DNA of 64,000 bases from a virus. Where the stretch lies: the IMG/VR virus record IMGVR_UViG_3300022602_000028; one strand, 5' to 3'. Shown piece by piece: positions 8,985 to 19,062 of this stretch. A program made the position numbers and the translations under genes. The notes under the pieces are model-generated. The model did not search any database. It saw only the letters and a program-made list of their open reading frames with translations, and was not told the DNA's origin. Position 1 is the stretch's first letter, and each line of letters starts with the position of its first letter.

Positions 8985-9716
8985 ATGCAACTTACAGAAA
9001 GTTTACGTGCAGGCGATCTTGAATACTTAGTTAAAAAAGTGTTTGGTATCGATGCCTTTAAAAGTAAAATAGGCGATGACGAACAAGTTGTAGTACTAAG
9101 TTTTGAAGTTAAGCAAGAAGATGCCGCAAAAGATCTTGAAAATTTTATCGAGATGGGCTATACCTTTGTATTAGATGCAGATTGTACCAGCGGAGAAACA
9201 GACGATGGTAGTTATTTTGTTTTTGTAGAATTAGAACGTACTAGACATATTGCAGAACAAATATTAGAAATATTAGAAGGTGTTAAAAAATTAGCTAATC
9301 TCAATGATATGAGATTTAGATATTTTAAGAATTTTAAAAGTCAAGATGCTACTATAGAAAATATTAATATAGCAGTTCCCCAAGATAAAAATTCATATGA
9401 AATTGCTACGAAAAGAAATTCAATGGATAATTTTCAAGAATTTTTTAAGAATAGTTACGCAGATGAAATTAAATTGTTAGACGAAAGTATTTCATTTACA
9501 AGACCTTTTAGTGGAACTGTAACATTTGATATTATAAATAGTGGCGATAAAAAAGAAATATATGATAGTATTAAAGGCCCAATAATTTTAGAAAGTAAAA
9601 ACATGGCAGAAGTCATGTTCCTAACTAAAGTAATTGGAAACTATAATATCAATAAGATTGGTAATACATTTATATTTGAAAACAACGGTTGGGCCGTTGC
9701 ACTAAAAAGGAAATAA
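8985..9716 (+). CDS. Hypothetical protein
   Basis: 243-aa ORF with AAGGA RBS. Confidence 0.75.
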   Translation: MQLTESLRAGDLEYLVKKVFGIDAFKSKIGDDEQVVVLSFEVKQEDAAKDLENFIEMGYTFVLDADCTSGETDDGSYFVFVELERTRHIAEQILEILEGVKKLANLNDMRFRYFKNFKSQDATIENINIAVPQDKNSYEIATKRNSMDNFQEFFKNSYADEIKLLDESISFTRPFSGTVTFDIINSGDKKEIYDSIKGPIILESKNMAEVMFLTKVIGNYNINKIGNTFIFENNGWAVALKRK

Positions 9717-9718
9717 GA

Positions 9719-10348
9719 ATGTCAGATTTTACGTTTGATTTTTCATTAGAAAAATGCACAGCAATATTACAAAATAATCCGTATAGTGAACACTGGCATG
9801 AAGCACTATGCAAGATTTTACCAGATTATGATATTAATACGCCAGAACGTGTTGCTTGTTTTTTAGGGCAAACAATGGTTGAAAGTGCCGGGTACAAAGC
9901 ACTTATAGAAAATTTAAATTATAAACCAGAGACATTAGTTAAGATTTGGCCAAGTCACTTTCCAAATATGGAAGTTGCTCAACAATATGGGCATCATCCA
10001 GAACAAATTGCTAACAGAGCATACGCAGGTCGTATGGGCAATGGTGATGAAGCCAGTGGTGACGGTTGGAAATTTTGCGGACGTGGCCTAATTCAGATCA
10101 CTGGTAAAGCAAACTATCAACAATTTGCCGATAGTATCGATACTCCAGTAGATCAAATTCCAGAATTTTTAGGAACATTCGAAGGTGCTGTTCAAAGTGC
10201 TTGCTGGTTTTGGGAAAGTAACAATCTTAATGCATTAGCTGATAACGGCGATGTATTAGGTATTACTAAAAAAGTAAATGGCGGCACTCTTGGGTTAACA
10301 GAACGTCAACAACATACTGCTAACGCACATCAAATACTACAAGGTTAA
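9719..10348 (+). CDS. Endolysin, glycoside hydrolase family 19
   Basis: ERVACFLGQTMVES, ENLNY, DGWKFCGRGLIQITG, SACWFW, ITKKVNGG; start set to ATG 9719. Confidence 0.9.
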   Translation: MSDFTFDFSLEKCTAILQNNPYSEHWHEALCKILPDYDINTPERVACFLGQTMVESAGYKALIENLNYKPETLVKIWPSHFPNMEVAQQYGHHPEQIANRAYAGRMGNGDEASGDGWKFCGRGLIQITGKANYQQFADSIDTPVDQIPEFLGTFEGAVQSACWFWESNNLNALADNGDVLGITKKVNGGTLGLTERQQHTANAHQILQG

Positions 10349-10350
10349 TT

Positions 10351-10842
10351 ATGTTTGCATGGCTCATACAACAGATTATAGGCGATTTGCCCAGTTGGTT
10401 ATGGCCAGCGATTGCAGGCGGTGGATTTGCAATATATTTCTTTTCAGGAGTATTAAGTCATTTTCCACAAATAAAACCATATACATTTTTACTTAGACCC
10501 GCAGGGCTGGCATTAACAATATTTGGAATTTTCATGTATGGCGGTGCAGGTGTAAGTGCTATCTATCGTGAACAAATACAAGAAATGGAAGCAAAAATGG
10601 CAGTTGCACAACAAGCTAGCAAAGACACTAATGTTTTAGTTGAACAAAAACATCAACAAAAAGTTAAAGTAATACACGATACTAAAATTGTTGTGCAAAA
10701 AGAAATACAAACAGTTGAAAAACGCATTGATGCAGAATGTAAATTAGATCCGGCGGTAGTTAAAATTATCAATGAGGCTGCTAAAAATCCTAATACTACT
10801 AAAGGTACAGTTAGTGTAGAAGTCACTGGAGATAAAAAATGA
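10351..10842 (+). CDS. Inner-membrane spanin (Rz-like)
   Basis: N-terminal TM helices then coiled coil; directly after the endolysin and overlapping a lipoprotein gene. Confidence 0.65.
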   Translation: MFAWLIQQIIGDLPSWLWPAIAGGGFAIYFFSGVLSHFPQIKPYTFLLRPAGLALTIFGIFMYGGAGVSAIYREQIQEMEAKMAVAQQASKDTNVLVEQKHQQKVKVIHDTKIVVQKEIQTVEKRIDAECKLDPAVVKIINEAAKNPNTTKGTVSVEVTGDKK

Positions 10843-11117
10843 GATTAATTAGTGTATTATTAGTTTCATTAATACTTACAGCATGTGCTACCAATAATTC
10901 TAAAGTGTTAGTTCAAATGAAATTTCCAGATGTTCCTCCAGAGTTGTTAATCGAATGTCCGGATCTTGCACAAGTTGATACGTCAACTAGCAAATTAAGT
11001 GATGTGTTGGAAACTGTCACAGATAACTACAGTGATTATTACGAATGTAAAGACAAAGTAGATACGTGGGTAGATTGGTATACAAAACAGAAGCAGATTT
11101 TTGATAACATAAAATAA
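10839..11117 (+). CDS. Outer-membrane spanin lipoprotein (Rz1-like)
   Basis: Signal peptide with lipobox LTAC, Pro-rich periplasmic segment. Confidence 0.75.
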   Translation: MRLISVLLVSLILTACATNNSKVLVQMKFPDVPPELLIECPDLAQVDTSTSKLSDVLETVTDNYSDYYECKDKVDTWVDWYTKQKQIFDNIK

Positions 11118-11128
11118 AGGATATTATC

Positions 11129-11512
11129 ATGGGATTTTTTACTAAAATAGAACAACTAACTGCTAGCAAATTAAAAAATATTTTTTTAGATGCCGACAAA
11201 TTAGTTGAAGATTCAGAAAACACGATTGCGGCTTTAGAGGCAAAACTGATTGCAGAAAAATCTAAAGTAGCAGAGTTAGCGGCTAAAGCACATGCGGCGG
11301 CAGTTGCGGCGGCAGAAAAAGCTCAAGAAGAAGCAGAAGCTCTAGTATTAGAAGCAAAAGAAGCGGCCGAACGTGCGGCTCAACACTTAGCTAATGTACC
11401 ATCAGCAATTGAAGGTAAAGTTAAAGTTGTTGAAACATTTAATCAAGTCGAACCTACATTGGGAGATATTGTCCCAAACGAAGTGTCAGCCCCGTCTCCA
11501 CAAACTCCGTAA
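11129..11512 (+). CDS. Ala/Glu/Lys-rich coiled-coil protein
   Basis: 127-aa ORF with RBS inside the lysis cassette. Confidence 0.65.
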   Translation: MGFFTKIEQLTASKLKNIFLDADKLVEDSENTIAALEAKLIAEKSKVAELAAKAHAAAVAAAEKAQEEAEALVLEAKEAAERAAQHLANVPSAIEGKVKVVETFNQVEPTLGDIVPNEVSAPSPQTP

Positions 11513-11518
11513 TAAATA
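11513..11518 (+). promoter_or_regulatory. TAAATA late-type promoter
   Basis: About 27 nt before the holin ATG 11545; AAGGAG RBS follows. Confidence 0.55.
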
Positions 11519-11544
11519 CGTATATAAAGACAAAGGAGCGAACA

Positions 11545-12207
11545 ATGTCAAAAGAGAAAGATAGTAACTGGATGCAAACCCTATGGCGTCCAATGATGGG
11601 CTGGATGTATATGCTTATCTGTCTGTTAGACATGGCAGTATTTCCAGTACTATGGGCATTATGGCAAGGTATCAATCATGCACCAATTACTCAATGGAAT
11701 CCATTAACACTACAAGGTGCAGGATTATTCCACATTGCAATGGGCGCAGTACTAGGTATTAGTGCGTTTGGTCGTACACAAGAAAAACTAGCAGGTACAG
11801 CCGCAAATCCAACTGCTACGAGTCAAACTATTACTAACAATCAAAACATGTCAGGCAATGTAGCTGGCGGGTTTGGTAGTAATCAAGGTGGTATGGGCGG
11901 TATGGGCGGTATGAGTGGCGGCTTTGGAGGAGCATCAAGTGGCGGATTCAATTCATCAATGGGCGGCGGCTCAACATTTGGCGCACCTGCGTCAGGAGGA
12001 TTCGGTGCACCAGCCGGTGGTTTTGGTTCATCAACACCATCTACAGGCGGCTTTGGAAGCACACCTACAGCAACAACACCCTCAGCAACAGCAGGAGGTT
12101 TTGGATCGGGTTTTAATAGCGGGTCAGGAACGACACCCGCTCCAGCGCCAGCAGTAAATGCTTCTGGCAAGAAAGTCATTCCAACGTTTGATCAACCTGC
12201 ACTATAA
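11545..12207 (+). CDS. Holin-like membrane protein (GTA 3-TM holin-like) with Gly/Phe repeat tail
   Basis: WMQTLWRPMMGWMYM...GAVLGISAFGRTQEK N-terminal membrane domain; C-terminal GGFG repeats. Confidence 0.65.
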   Translation: MSKEKDSNWMQTLWRPMMGWMYMLICLLDMAVFPVLWALWQGINHAPITQWNPLTLQGAGLFHIAMGAVLGISAFGRTQEKLAGTAANPTATSQTITNNQNMSGNVAGGFGSNQGGMGGMGGMSGGFGGASSGGFNSSMGGGSTFGAPASGGFGAPAGGFGSSTPSTGGFGSTPTATTPSATAGGFGSGFNSGSGTTPAPAPAVNASGKKVIPTFDQPAL

Positions 12208-12216
12208 GGAAAAAAA

Positions 12217-12399
12217 ATGAAAAAAATTCTAGCATTATTAATTGTAGCGGTATTTGCATCAAGTGCAATGGCAACTGAAAAAGCCAAAGCACCAACAAAA
12301 CCAGTTGTAAAAAAAGTAGTCAAACATCATAAAAAAGTAGACGGAACTTCAATGGCTGATACTAAACCAGATACTGTTGCTCCAAAACATAAAAAATAA
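12217..12399 (+). CDS. Small secreted Lys/His-rich peptide
   Basis: Sec signal MKKILALLIVAVFASSAMA with AxA site, then basic low-complexity region. Confidence 0.65.
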   Translation: MKKILALLIVAVFASSAMATEKAKAPTKPVVKKVVKHHKKVDGTSMADTKPDTVAPKHKK

Positions 12400-12412
12400 A
12401 TCAGTCAAAACC

Positions 12413-12441
12413 TTGACAGGCCTTATCTAATATAGTATAAT
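12413..12441 (+). promoter_or_regulatory. Sigma70-type promoter (consensus)
   Basis: TTGACA(12413-12418)-N17-TATAAT(12436-12441). Confidence 0.85.
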
Positions 12442-12467
12442 TACTATATTACATTTGGCCTATTTTT
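12418..12467 (+). terminator. Hairpin with T tract overlapping the promoter (possible terminator of the lysis operon)
   Basis: AGGCC/GGCCT outer stem plus TAATATAGTA/TACTATATTA inner stem, followed by ATTTTT. Confidence 0.4.
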
Positions 12468-13175
12468 ATGACTACAGAAACAACACCCGAACAACCAGTA
12501 TTCATAAGTCCGTTTGGACCTATGTTTCTAAAATTCAAACTACCAGATGATATGTTTGAAGCATTATTAGCCGAAGCAGAGCTAATGAAATCAAGAACCG
12601 ATGACGATGTTTATATGAAAGAATACGACTGGAGTGATTATCTTGTCGGGAAAAATACTGGACAGTTGTTATTAAACTATGATTTTGTTATGAATTCAAA
12701 TTTAGAAGGGTTATTACTAGCACTTGGAAATTTTTATTTGGAAAATCATCATAATAGAAATTCTGATACAGAAAGTATGAATTTAAAATTAGCCAGTGCC
12801 TGGTTAAATATTACACGAAAGCATGATTACAATTCCTTGCACGACCATAACAAAAGCCCGTTATCAGGAATTATCTATCTTAAAGAAGATCCAGAAATTG
12901 GAGAAGAAATAGATGGGTTAGCGGAAACTGCTAAAATAAAGGGCGGTAGCTACTTGCCTGGCATAACACATTTTGTTTATAGTTGTTCAAAACAATTTTT
13001 AGATTCAACTAGTTTTAGTTTTCGAGGTAAACCTGGAGAAGTAATAATTTTTCCAGGATGGGTTTCACATTTAGTAAATCCTTTTACTGCCGAAGGTGAA
13101 CGAATGACCGTTGCTTTCAACTATCATAATGATACAAACGTAATACACAAGTACAACAAAGAGGAAGATAAATGA
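12468..13175 (+). CDS. 2OG-Fe(II) oxygenase-like protein (TIGR02466-like)
   Basis: SLHDH...LSGIIYL...IFPGWVSHLV...RMTVAFN. Confidence 0.75.
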   Translation: MTTETTPEQPVFISPFGPMFLKFKLPDDMFEALLAEAELMKSRTDDDVYMKEYDWSDYLVGKNTGQLLLNYDFVMNSNLEGLLLALGNFYLENHHNRNSDTESMNLKLASAWLNITRKHDYNSLHDHNKSPLSGIIYLKEDPEIGEEIDGLAETAKIKGGSYLPGITHFVYSCSKQFLDSTSFSFRGKPGEVIIFPGWVSHLVNPFTAEGERMTVAFNYHNDTNVIHKYNKEEDK

Positions 13176-14020
13176 CCGATTATTATCAAATGTTAGGTGT
13201 TAGTGAAAATGCTAGCCCGGATGAAATTAAAAAAGCCTATAGAAGTTTGGCTAATAAGCATCATCCCGACAAAGGTGGTGATCAAGCTAAATTTAAAGAT
13301 ATCAGTGTTGCTTACGATACGTTAAGTGATGCTCAAAAAAAAGCCGAGTACGATCATCAACGTCAATTTGGTGGACAACAATTTCATTTCCACACAGGCA
13401 ATGGAGGGTTTGATCCATTTGCTGGCATGTTTGGCGCAGGCCATCCATTTGCAGACATATTTGGACAACAACGTGGACATATCCGCCGTAATAGAGATTT
13501 AAATATTCAATGCCAAATTACTTTGGCAGATTCATTCAGCGGTAAACAACTAGAAGCAAATTATAAACTTCCAAGCGGAAGAACACAAACTGTAGTTATT
13601 AACGTGCCAGCTGGTATCCAGCATGGAGAAACTATACGGTACGGTGATTTAGGCGATGATAGTATTCCTGGAGCACCACGTGGTAATCTTAATGTTACGA
13701 TAATTGTATTGCCCGATCCTAATTACAGACGACAAGGAGATGATTTATACACTACTGTATACATTAATCCTATCGAAGCTATGATTGGATGTAGAAAAAC
13801 TGTTAAAACTATTAATGGTACCAATCTTGATCTAGATATCAGAGCAGGTGTTGAATCCGGTACCGAATTTGCTAGTGCAGGTAATGGCTTTAGAAATGTA
13901 AATCAAGGCGGCCGTGGCAGATTTGTTAGCGTGATTAATATTAAAGCTCCTGCAATTTCGGATCCTGCCTTGATTAACAAGCTGAAACAATTAAATGATG
14001 AAATTAGTAAAATTTCCTGA
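13172..14020 (+). CDS. dnaJ: DnaJ/CbpA-type co-chaperone (J domain plus C domain, no Zn finger)
   Basis: DYYQMLGV...KKAYRSLANKHHPDKGGD; G/F-rich linker; GNLNVTI C domain. Confidence 0.9.
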   Translation: MTDYYQMLGVSENASPDEIKKAYRSLANKHHPDKGGDQAKFKDISVAYDTLSDAQKKAEYDHQRQFGGQQFHFHTGNGGFDPFAGMFGAGHPFADIFGQQRGHIRRNRDLNIQCQITLADSFSGKQLEANYKLPSGRTQTVVINVPAGIQHGETIRYGDLGDDSIPGAPRGNLNVTIIVLPDPNYRRQGDDLYTTVYINPIEAMIGCRKTVKTINGTNLDLDIRAGVESGTEFASAGNGFRNVNQGGRGRFVSVINIKAPAISDPALINKLKQLNDEISKIS

Positions 14021-14489
14021 TCCGATACTTAAACAAAAAGCTGTACCATGGGATTTTGAAAAAGATCTCAATGCTAAAGAATTAGAAGTTGATATGGTTC
14101 AATTGATGATTGAAAGCAACGGTATCGGTCTTGCCGCCAATCAAGTTGGCTTGCTCAAACGTGTATTTGCTATTCATCTCAAAGATCAAGTTCCATTTTG
14201 CATGTTCAATCCCGGGATACTTGTAGGAGACAACGCTAAAGTATTGGGCGAAGAAGGGTGTTTGAGTTTTCCAGATTTATTTTTACGTGTGCCACGTGAC
14301 AATAAAATAACAGCTATGTATCTTGACAGACAGGGAAATAAGTGTATAATAGAGCTTGAAGGCATTGATGCAAGATGTTTTCAGCACGAGCTAGACCATT
14401 TGGACGGCGTATGTTTTACAGACAACATAAGTCCTTTAAAACTGGCATTGGCTAAGAAGAAATTACAAAAGAAAAAAGGAAAAAAGTAA
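13995..14489 (+). CDS. def: Peptide deformylase
   Basis: GIGLAANQ, EGCLS, QHELDH. Confidence 0.95.
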   Translation: MMKLVKFPDPILKQKAVPWDFEKDLNAKELEVDMVQLMIESNGIGLAANQVGLLKRVFAIHLKDQVPFCMFNPGILVGDNAKVLGEEGCLSFPDLFLRVPRDNKITAMYLDRQGNKCIIELEGIDARCFQHELDHLDGVCFTDNISPLKLALAKKKLQKKKGKK

Positions 14490-16762
14490 TGGTTGAACCA
14501 AGTGATAGCTTACAAGCGGTGTTCGAAAGAGCGATTGAAACTGCTAAAAAATTACATCACGAATACCTAACCATAGAGCATTTACTACTGGCTATGTTAT
14601 CTGAAGATAATTTTAGCGAATGTATTAAGACCTTTGGATCTAATGCGGATGATCTTAAAAAGCAACTTTCAGATTATTTGAATAATAACTGTAGTGAAAT
14701 TGTTATTCAAGATGTTGTAATTAAGCCTCGTAAAACACAAAGCGTAGAGCGTGTGCTTAATCGAGCATTTACACAAGTATTGTTTAACGGTCGTCAAAAA
14801 ATCGAAGCTACTGATGTGTTTATTGCCATGATGGGCGAAAAACGTAGCTGGGCTTATTTTTATATTCAACAAGCAGGCATTGATCGAGATAAGTTTGCCG
14901 ACTTTATTAATAACAGTGTAGAAGAAGTAGGCGAAGATGATGCGCCTGAAAGCAATTCGTTAACCAGAGCACTTGCGGCATTTACAACTAATCTTAATGA
15001 TCTAGTTACTAAAAATAAGATCGATCCTGTTATCGGTCGTATAGATGAGTTAGAAAATATTAGTCTAGCACTAGGACGTCGTAGTAAAAACAACGTAATC
15101 CTTGTAGGAGATCCTGGTGTAGGTAAAACAGCTATTGCCGAAGGACTTGCTTATAATATTGTTAAAGGTGCAGTTCCTGACTTCCTTAAAGATTACAAAG
15201 TATATAGTTTAGATATTTCAGCTATGCTTGCAGGCAGTAAATATCGAGGAGACTTTGAAGAACGTTTTAAACATGTTATTAAAGCTCTTCAAAAGAAAGG
15301 TAAGACTGTGCTGTTCATCGACGAGGCACATATGATCTCTGGTGCCGGATCTGCTGGTAATTCAGCTAATGATCTTGCTAATATGATGAAACCGGCTCTA
15401 AGCAAAGGCAACATTAAAGTTGTGGCTAGTACTACTTGGGAAGAATATCGTAAACATTTTGAAAAGGATCGTGCGTTGATGCGCCGGTTCCAGCGCATTA
15501 CTGTAGACGAACCTACACAAGAAATGACTTTGAGCATTTTGCAAGGTATTAAGAAATATTACGAGTCATTCCATAATGTTAAGATTCGAAACGATGCATT
15601 ACAAGCGGCTATTAAGTTGAGTGTTAAGTATCAAGCTGATAAAAAGTTACCGGATAAGGCTATTGATTTAATCGACGTAGCATGCTCACGCTTTAATTTA
15701 AAACTTGCCGACGACCGTATTATCGGTGAACGCGAAATCCAATATGAACTTGCTAAGATGGTTGATATGCCAGAGGAAACTATTATGGAATCCGAAAGTT
15801 CTAGCATTGCAAAATTGCAGGATAATGTAAGTGCCGATGTATTTGGACAAGATAAAGCCGTTGAAGAGATTGTAGACAAGATTATTGTAGCACAAGCCGG
15901 GCTTAAACCTGAAAACAAACCAGTTGGATCGTTTGTATTCATGGGGCCGACTGGTTGCGGTAAAACTGAAACAGCTAAATCTCTTGCTAAACATTTAGGA
16001 TCTAAACTGTTAAGGTTTGATATGAGTGAGTATCAAGAAAAACACAGTATTAGTAAACTAATAGGTAGCCCTCCAGGTTATGTAGGCTTTGAAGAAAATG
16101 CTGGCTTACTAATTACACAGATTCAAGAGAATCCAAATGCTGTATTGTTGTTTGACGAAGTAGAAAAATCACATCCAGATGTCAGTACAGTATTGTTGCA
16201 AATGATGGATAACGGATTTATTACCGGATCAAATGGCAAACGTGCTGATTGTCGTAACATTGTATTGATTCTTACAACTAACGCTGGTGCTAACGAAGCT
16301 GAAAAGAACGCAATTGGCTTTGGAGCGCAGGAAAAAGACTATAGTGACAAAGAACTTAAAAAATTCTTTACTCCAGAGTTCCGTAATCGTTTAGATGCTA
16401 TCATTACGTTTAGTAAACTAGGTAAAGAGACTGTAGTTAAAGTTATTGATAAGTTTATGGATGAATTACGAGAGCAAGTTAAGGACAAAGGTATACGTGT
16501 TAAGATCGACAAAGATGCTACTAACTGGTTAATCGAGCATGGTTTTGATAATAAGATGGGTGCTCGTCCGTTGCAACGTGTCATTGACAAAGAAATTAAA
16601 CGTCCTATGGCTAAGATGATGTTGTTTGGGGATTTAAAGAACGGTGGCTGGTTAACAATAACTGTTGAAAATGACAAGATTGTACTAGTTGCTAAACCTA
16701 AATTACCTAAAACACCATTACTTATGGTAGATCATTTAGAAAATGCAGTACAAGATAACTAA
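14489..16762 (+). CDS. clpA: Clp ATPase ClpA
   Basis: N domain, two AAA modules ([16 protein letters not shown]), IGF ClpP-docking loop, no ClpB-type M domain; 757 aa. Confidence 0.92.
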   Translation: MVEPSDSLQAVFERAIETAKKLHHEYLTIEHLLLAMLSEDNFSECIKTFGSNADDLKKQLSDYLNNNCSEIVIQDVVIKPRKTQSVERVLNRAFTQVLFNGRQKIEATDVFIAMMGEKRSWAYFYIQQAGIDRDKFADFINNSVEEVGEDDAPESNSLTRALAAFTTNLNDLVTKNKIDPVIGRIDELENISLALGRRSKNNVILVGDPGVGKTAIAEGLAYNIVKGAVPDFLKDYKVYSLDISAMLAGSKYRGDFEERFKHVIKALQKKGKTVLFIDEAHMISGAGSAGNSANDLANMMKPALSKGNIKVVASTTWEEYRKHFEKDRALMRRFQRITVDEPTQEMTLSILQGIKKYYESFHNVKIRNDALQAAIKLSVKYQADKKLPDKAIDLIDVACSRFNLKLADDRIIGEREIQYELAKMVDMPEETIMESESSSIAKLQDNVSADVFGQDKAVEEIVDKIIVAQAGLKPENKPVGSFVFMGPTGCGKTETAKSLAKHLGSKLLRFDMSEYQEKHSISKLIGSPPGYVGFEENAGLLITQIQENPNAVLLFDEVEKSHPDVSTVLLQMMDNGFITGSNGKRADCRNIVLILTTNAGANEAEKNAIGFGAQEKDYSDKELKKFFTPEFRNRLDAIITFSKLGKETVVKVIDKFMDELREQVKDKGIRVKIDKDATNWLIEHGFDNKMGARPLQRVIDKEIKRPMAKMMLFGDLKNGGWLTITVENDKIVLVAKPKLPKTPLLMVDHLENAVQDN

Positions 16763-17381
16763 AAAATTGTTTGGTGGCATATATCAGTACAAAATTGTAC
16801 TGACATGTGCTGGCTCAGGATTATTTAGACATAATGATTTGGATAATGTGCTTAAGAATCTAACAGACATCACATTATCCAATCAACCTAAACAAAACCA
16901 TTTTGGATTGTATCGTAGCGGTATACATACTCAAGCAGAACTAGATTATGCCTTAAATTTACAAAAGGCATTATCTAAAATGTCTGATATAGATATCAGA
17001 GTAGAAAGCCCTTGGTTAAGTATCTATAGTAATAGTTTAGCAGATATCAATACTCTAGCTAAAATAGACGTTGATCAAGTAAAGTATATTTCTAAACCTG
17101 CAGATGGCACTGTACTCGATGCAGGAACTGTAGTTATGCCCAAGATGAATTACGATTATCGTATTACACTAGGTAAAACTATACAAGAGCATAGTGCATT
17201 TATAGCATGGGCTAACTCAAATAAGAAGTGTAAACTAACTAAAAGTTGTATCAAAGACTTGTTAAAACCACGTAGTTGGGGCGGTACTCATTTCTATATA
17301 ACTGGTGATAATAATTTACTCATGGCCCGGATGCACTTGGGCGGTAGTATCAGCAAAGTAGAGCGAATCATTAAAAACTAA
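16743..17381 (+). CDS. Hypothetical protein
   Basis: 212-aa ORF overlapping the clpA end. Confidence 0.7.
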   Translation: MQYKITKKLFGGIYQYKIVLTCAGSGLFRHNDLDNVLKNLTDITLSNQPKQNHFGLYRSGIHTQAELDYALNLQKALSKMSDIDIRVESPWLSIYSNSLADINTLAKIDVDQVKYISKPADGTVLDAGTVVMPKMNYDYRITLGKTIQEHSAFIAWANSNKKCKLTKSCIKDLLKPRSWGGTHFYITGDNNLLMARMHLGGSISKVERIIKN

Positions 17382-17397
17382 AGCCCTGCAAAAGCGA

Positions 17398-17403
17398 TAA
17401 ATA
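17398..17403 (+). promoter_or_regulatory. TAAATA late-type promoter heading the internal-protein cluster
   Basis: Intergenic GATAAATA before ATG 17450. Confidence 0.5.
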
Positions 17404-17449
17404 CTCTAACCGCAGAGATTTCTGCTGATTTATTATTTTGGGCTTAAAA

Positions 17450-17815
17450 ATGCGTATAAATGAACTATTAGAGGGCAAATACTTCGACGATATGAAGTTT
17501 GTTAAACCTGTAGAAGGTGGTGGCAGAGAATTAAACTTCAGTTTAGAAGAAGACTTAATACACTTCATGCACAATGACGATGATGTATATCGACGTCATG
17601 TATTTCCTAGTTTAACTAAATGTATTGATAAAAAAGGTGAAATAAGTAGTAAGGTGTTCCGCCCTGCTGTAGAAAACAGCTATAAAGTTTATATTAAAAA
17701 ATACCCAATCCGTGAGCTTCCAGATCATTTAGATGAAAAAATTTGCAATGATATTTGCAAAAAAATGCTAGAAGATACTAAAGAACATATATCTAACGGC
17801 AAGTATAAGGACTAA
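17450..17815 (+). CDS. Hypothetical protein, probable internal head protein
   Basis: N-terminus MRINELLEG (start set to ATG 17450). Confidence 0.65.
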   Translation: MRINELLEGKYFDDMKFVKPVEGGGRELNFSLEEDLIHFMHNDDDVYRRHVFPSLTKCIDKKGEISSKVFRPAVENSYKVYIKKYPIRELPDHLDEKICNDICKKMLEDTKEHISNGKYKD

Positions 17816-17817
17816 TC

Positions 17818-19062
17818 GTGCTGTTAAGAGAATTATTCTATCGCGAGGGTAAAGCTATTGCTGCCACAGACGATGGTATGGAAAAATATGGAAGACCTTT
17901 TAATCATCCAGAACATCTAGTATTCTTTAAAGGTGTTCGTGGCACATTAGAAGCACTTAATCATTTTAAAGAAATTGCTAGCGAAAAAGCAGGCAAGACT
18001 ACTGTACGCCGTAAGTGGGACGGCAATCCTCAAGTGTATTGGGGTCGTGAACAAAAAGGCGGACCGTTAATCTTAGCAGGTCACAATCAATGGAGTCGCG
18101 GAGTTAAAAGCGATAGTCCAGAAGGTGTGTACGATTTTATTGCTAATCAAAGTGGAAATCCCAAAAGTCCCGAAGAACAGCAAAAACGTAATCAATTTGC
18201 ACAAAATTTTTCAAATTTATATCCACTATTTGATGCCGCAACTCCTAAAAACTTTGTAGGGTTTGTATATGCCGATGCATTGTTTGGTGTTGATCCAAGT
18301 TTGAACAAAAAACTTGCACCGCCAACAGAAGAATATCCTCAAGGAATATGGGAATTTAGTCCTAACCCATTAAGCAATACAACATACCATGTGGATGCAG
18401 GAAGTGAATTAGGCCAACGTATTACACAAGCTAAGGTAATGGTAGTAGGACATGCTACATTTCCATCGTTTGGTGCAGACGATCGTTCGCAACAACCTAA
18501 AGATAGTTTTGAAGAGTTTAATCAGACTCCCGGGTTAATAGTGCAAGGGCCTATCTACACAGATGAAGCACCCGAAGTAGACATCAGTGCTGTAGACAGT
18601 ATGATCGAATATGCAAATACTCATGCCGCAGTAATCGATGGATTTATGAATAGCTTACCTGATCCAGATAAGAATGGTATATTTTATCCGTTCTTTAATG
18701 ACATGAGTAACAAACATGCTAACAATCAACAAGACTTCGGAAGCATTACTGGTAATACATTTGTTACCTGGATGCAGACAAAAGGTAAGAGTCCTAAAAA
18801 AATCCAACACATTATCGATATGATACAAGCACATCCTGGCGGATTAGATGCTATATTGTTTTTAATTAAAGGTATACGTAACATGAAAGATACAGTAGAT
18901 GCCGCAATTAAACAACAGCCACGTAAAGAAATTTGGGATACACACGGGGAAGGTCACGTGCGTTATGCACAAAAAGGTCACAAGTATGGAAATATTAAAA
19001 TTGTTCCTACAACATGGGCACCAGGTAAGACTCCAGTAGCCGCACCGGAGACAGCACAATGA
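17818..19062 (+). CDS. KxDG-motif protein (DUF6267-like, ligase/nucleotidyltransferase-like)
   Basis: NHPEHL...RKWDGNPQVYWG; precedes a cytidyltransferase-like gene as in T4-like cyanophages; GTG start. Confidence 0.55.
   Translation: MLLRELFYREGKAIAATDDGMEKYGRPFNHPEHLVFFKGVRGTLEALNHFKEIASEKAGKTTVRRKWDGNPQVYWGREQKGGPLILAGHNQWSRGVKSDSPEGVYDFIANQSGNPKSPEEQQKRNQFAQNFSNLYPLFDAATPKNFVGFVYADALFGVDPSLNKKLAPPTEEYPQGIWEFSPNPLSNTTYHVDAGSELGQRITQAKVMVVGHATFPSFGADDRSQQPKDSFEEFNQTPGLIVQGPIYTDEAPEVDISAVDSMIEYANTHAAVIDGFMNSLPDPDKNGIFYPFFNDMSNKHANNQQDFGSITGNTFVTWMQTKGKSPKKIQHIIDMIQAHPGGLDAILFLIKGIRNMKDTVDAAIKQQPRKEIWDTHGEGHVRYAQKGHKYGNIKIVPTTWAPGKTPVAAPETAQ

Noticed and set aside
17381-17445. AAGCCC/GGGCTT pairing around the late motif at 17398 as a third RBS switch
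   Set aside because: Only 6 bp across a 53-nt loop; too weak to claim without folding and covariation data
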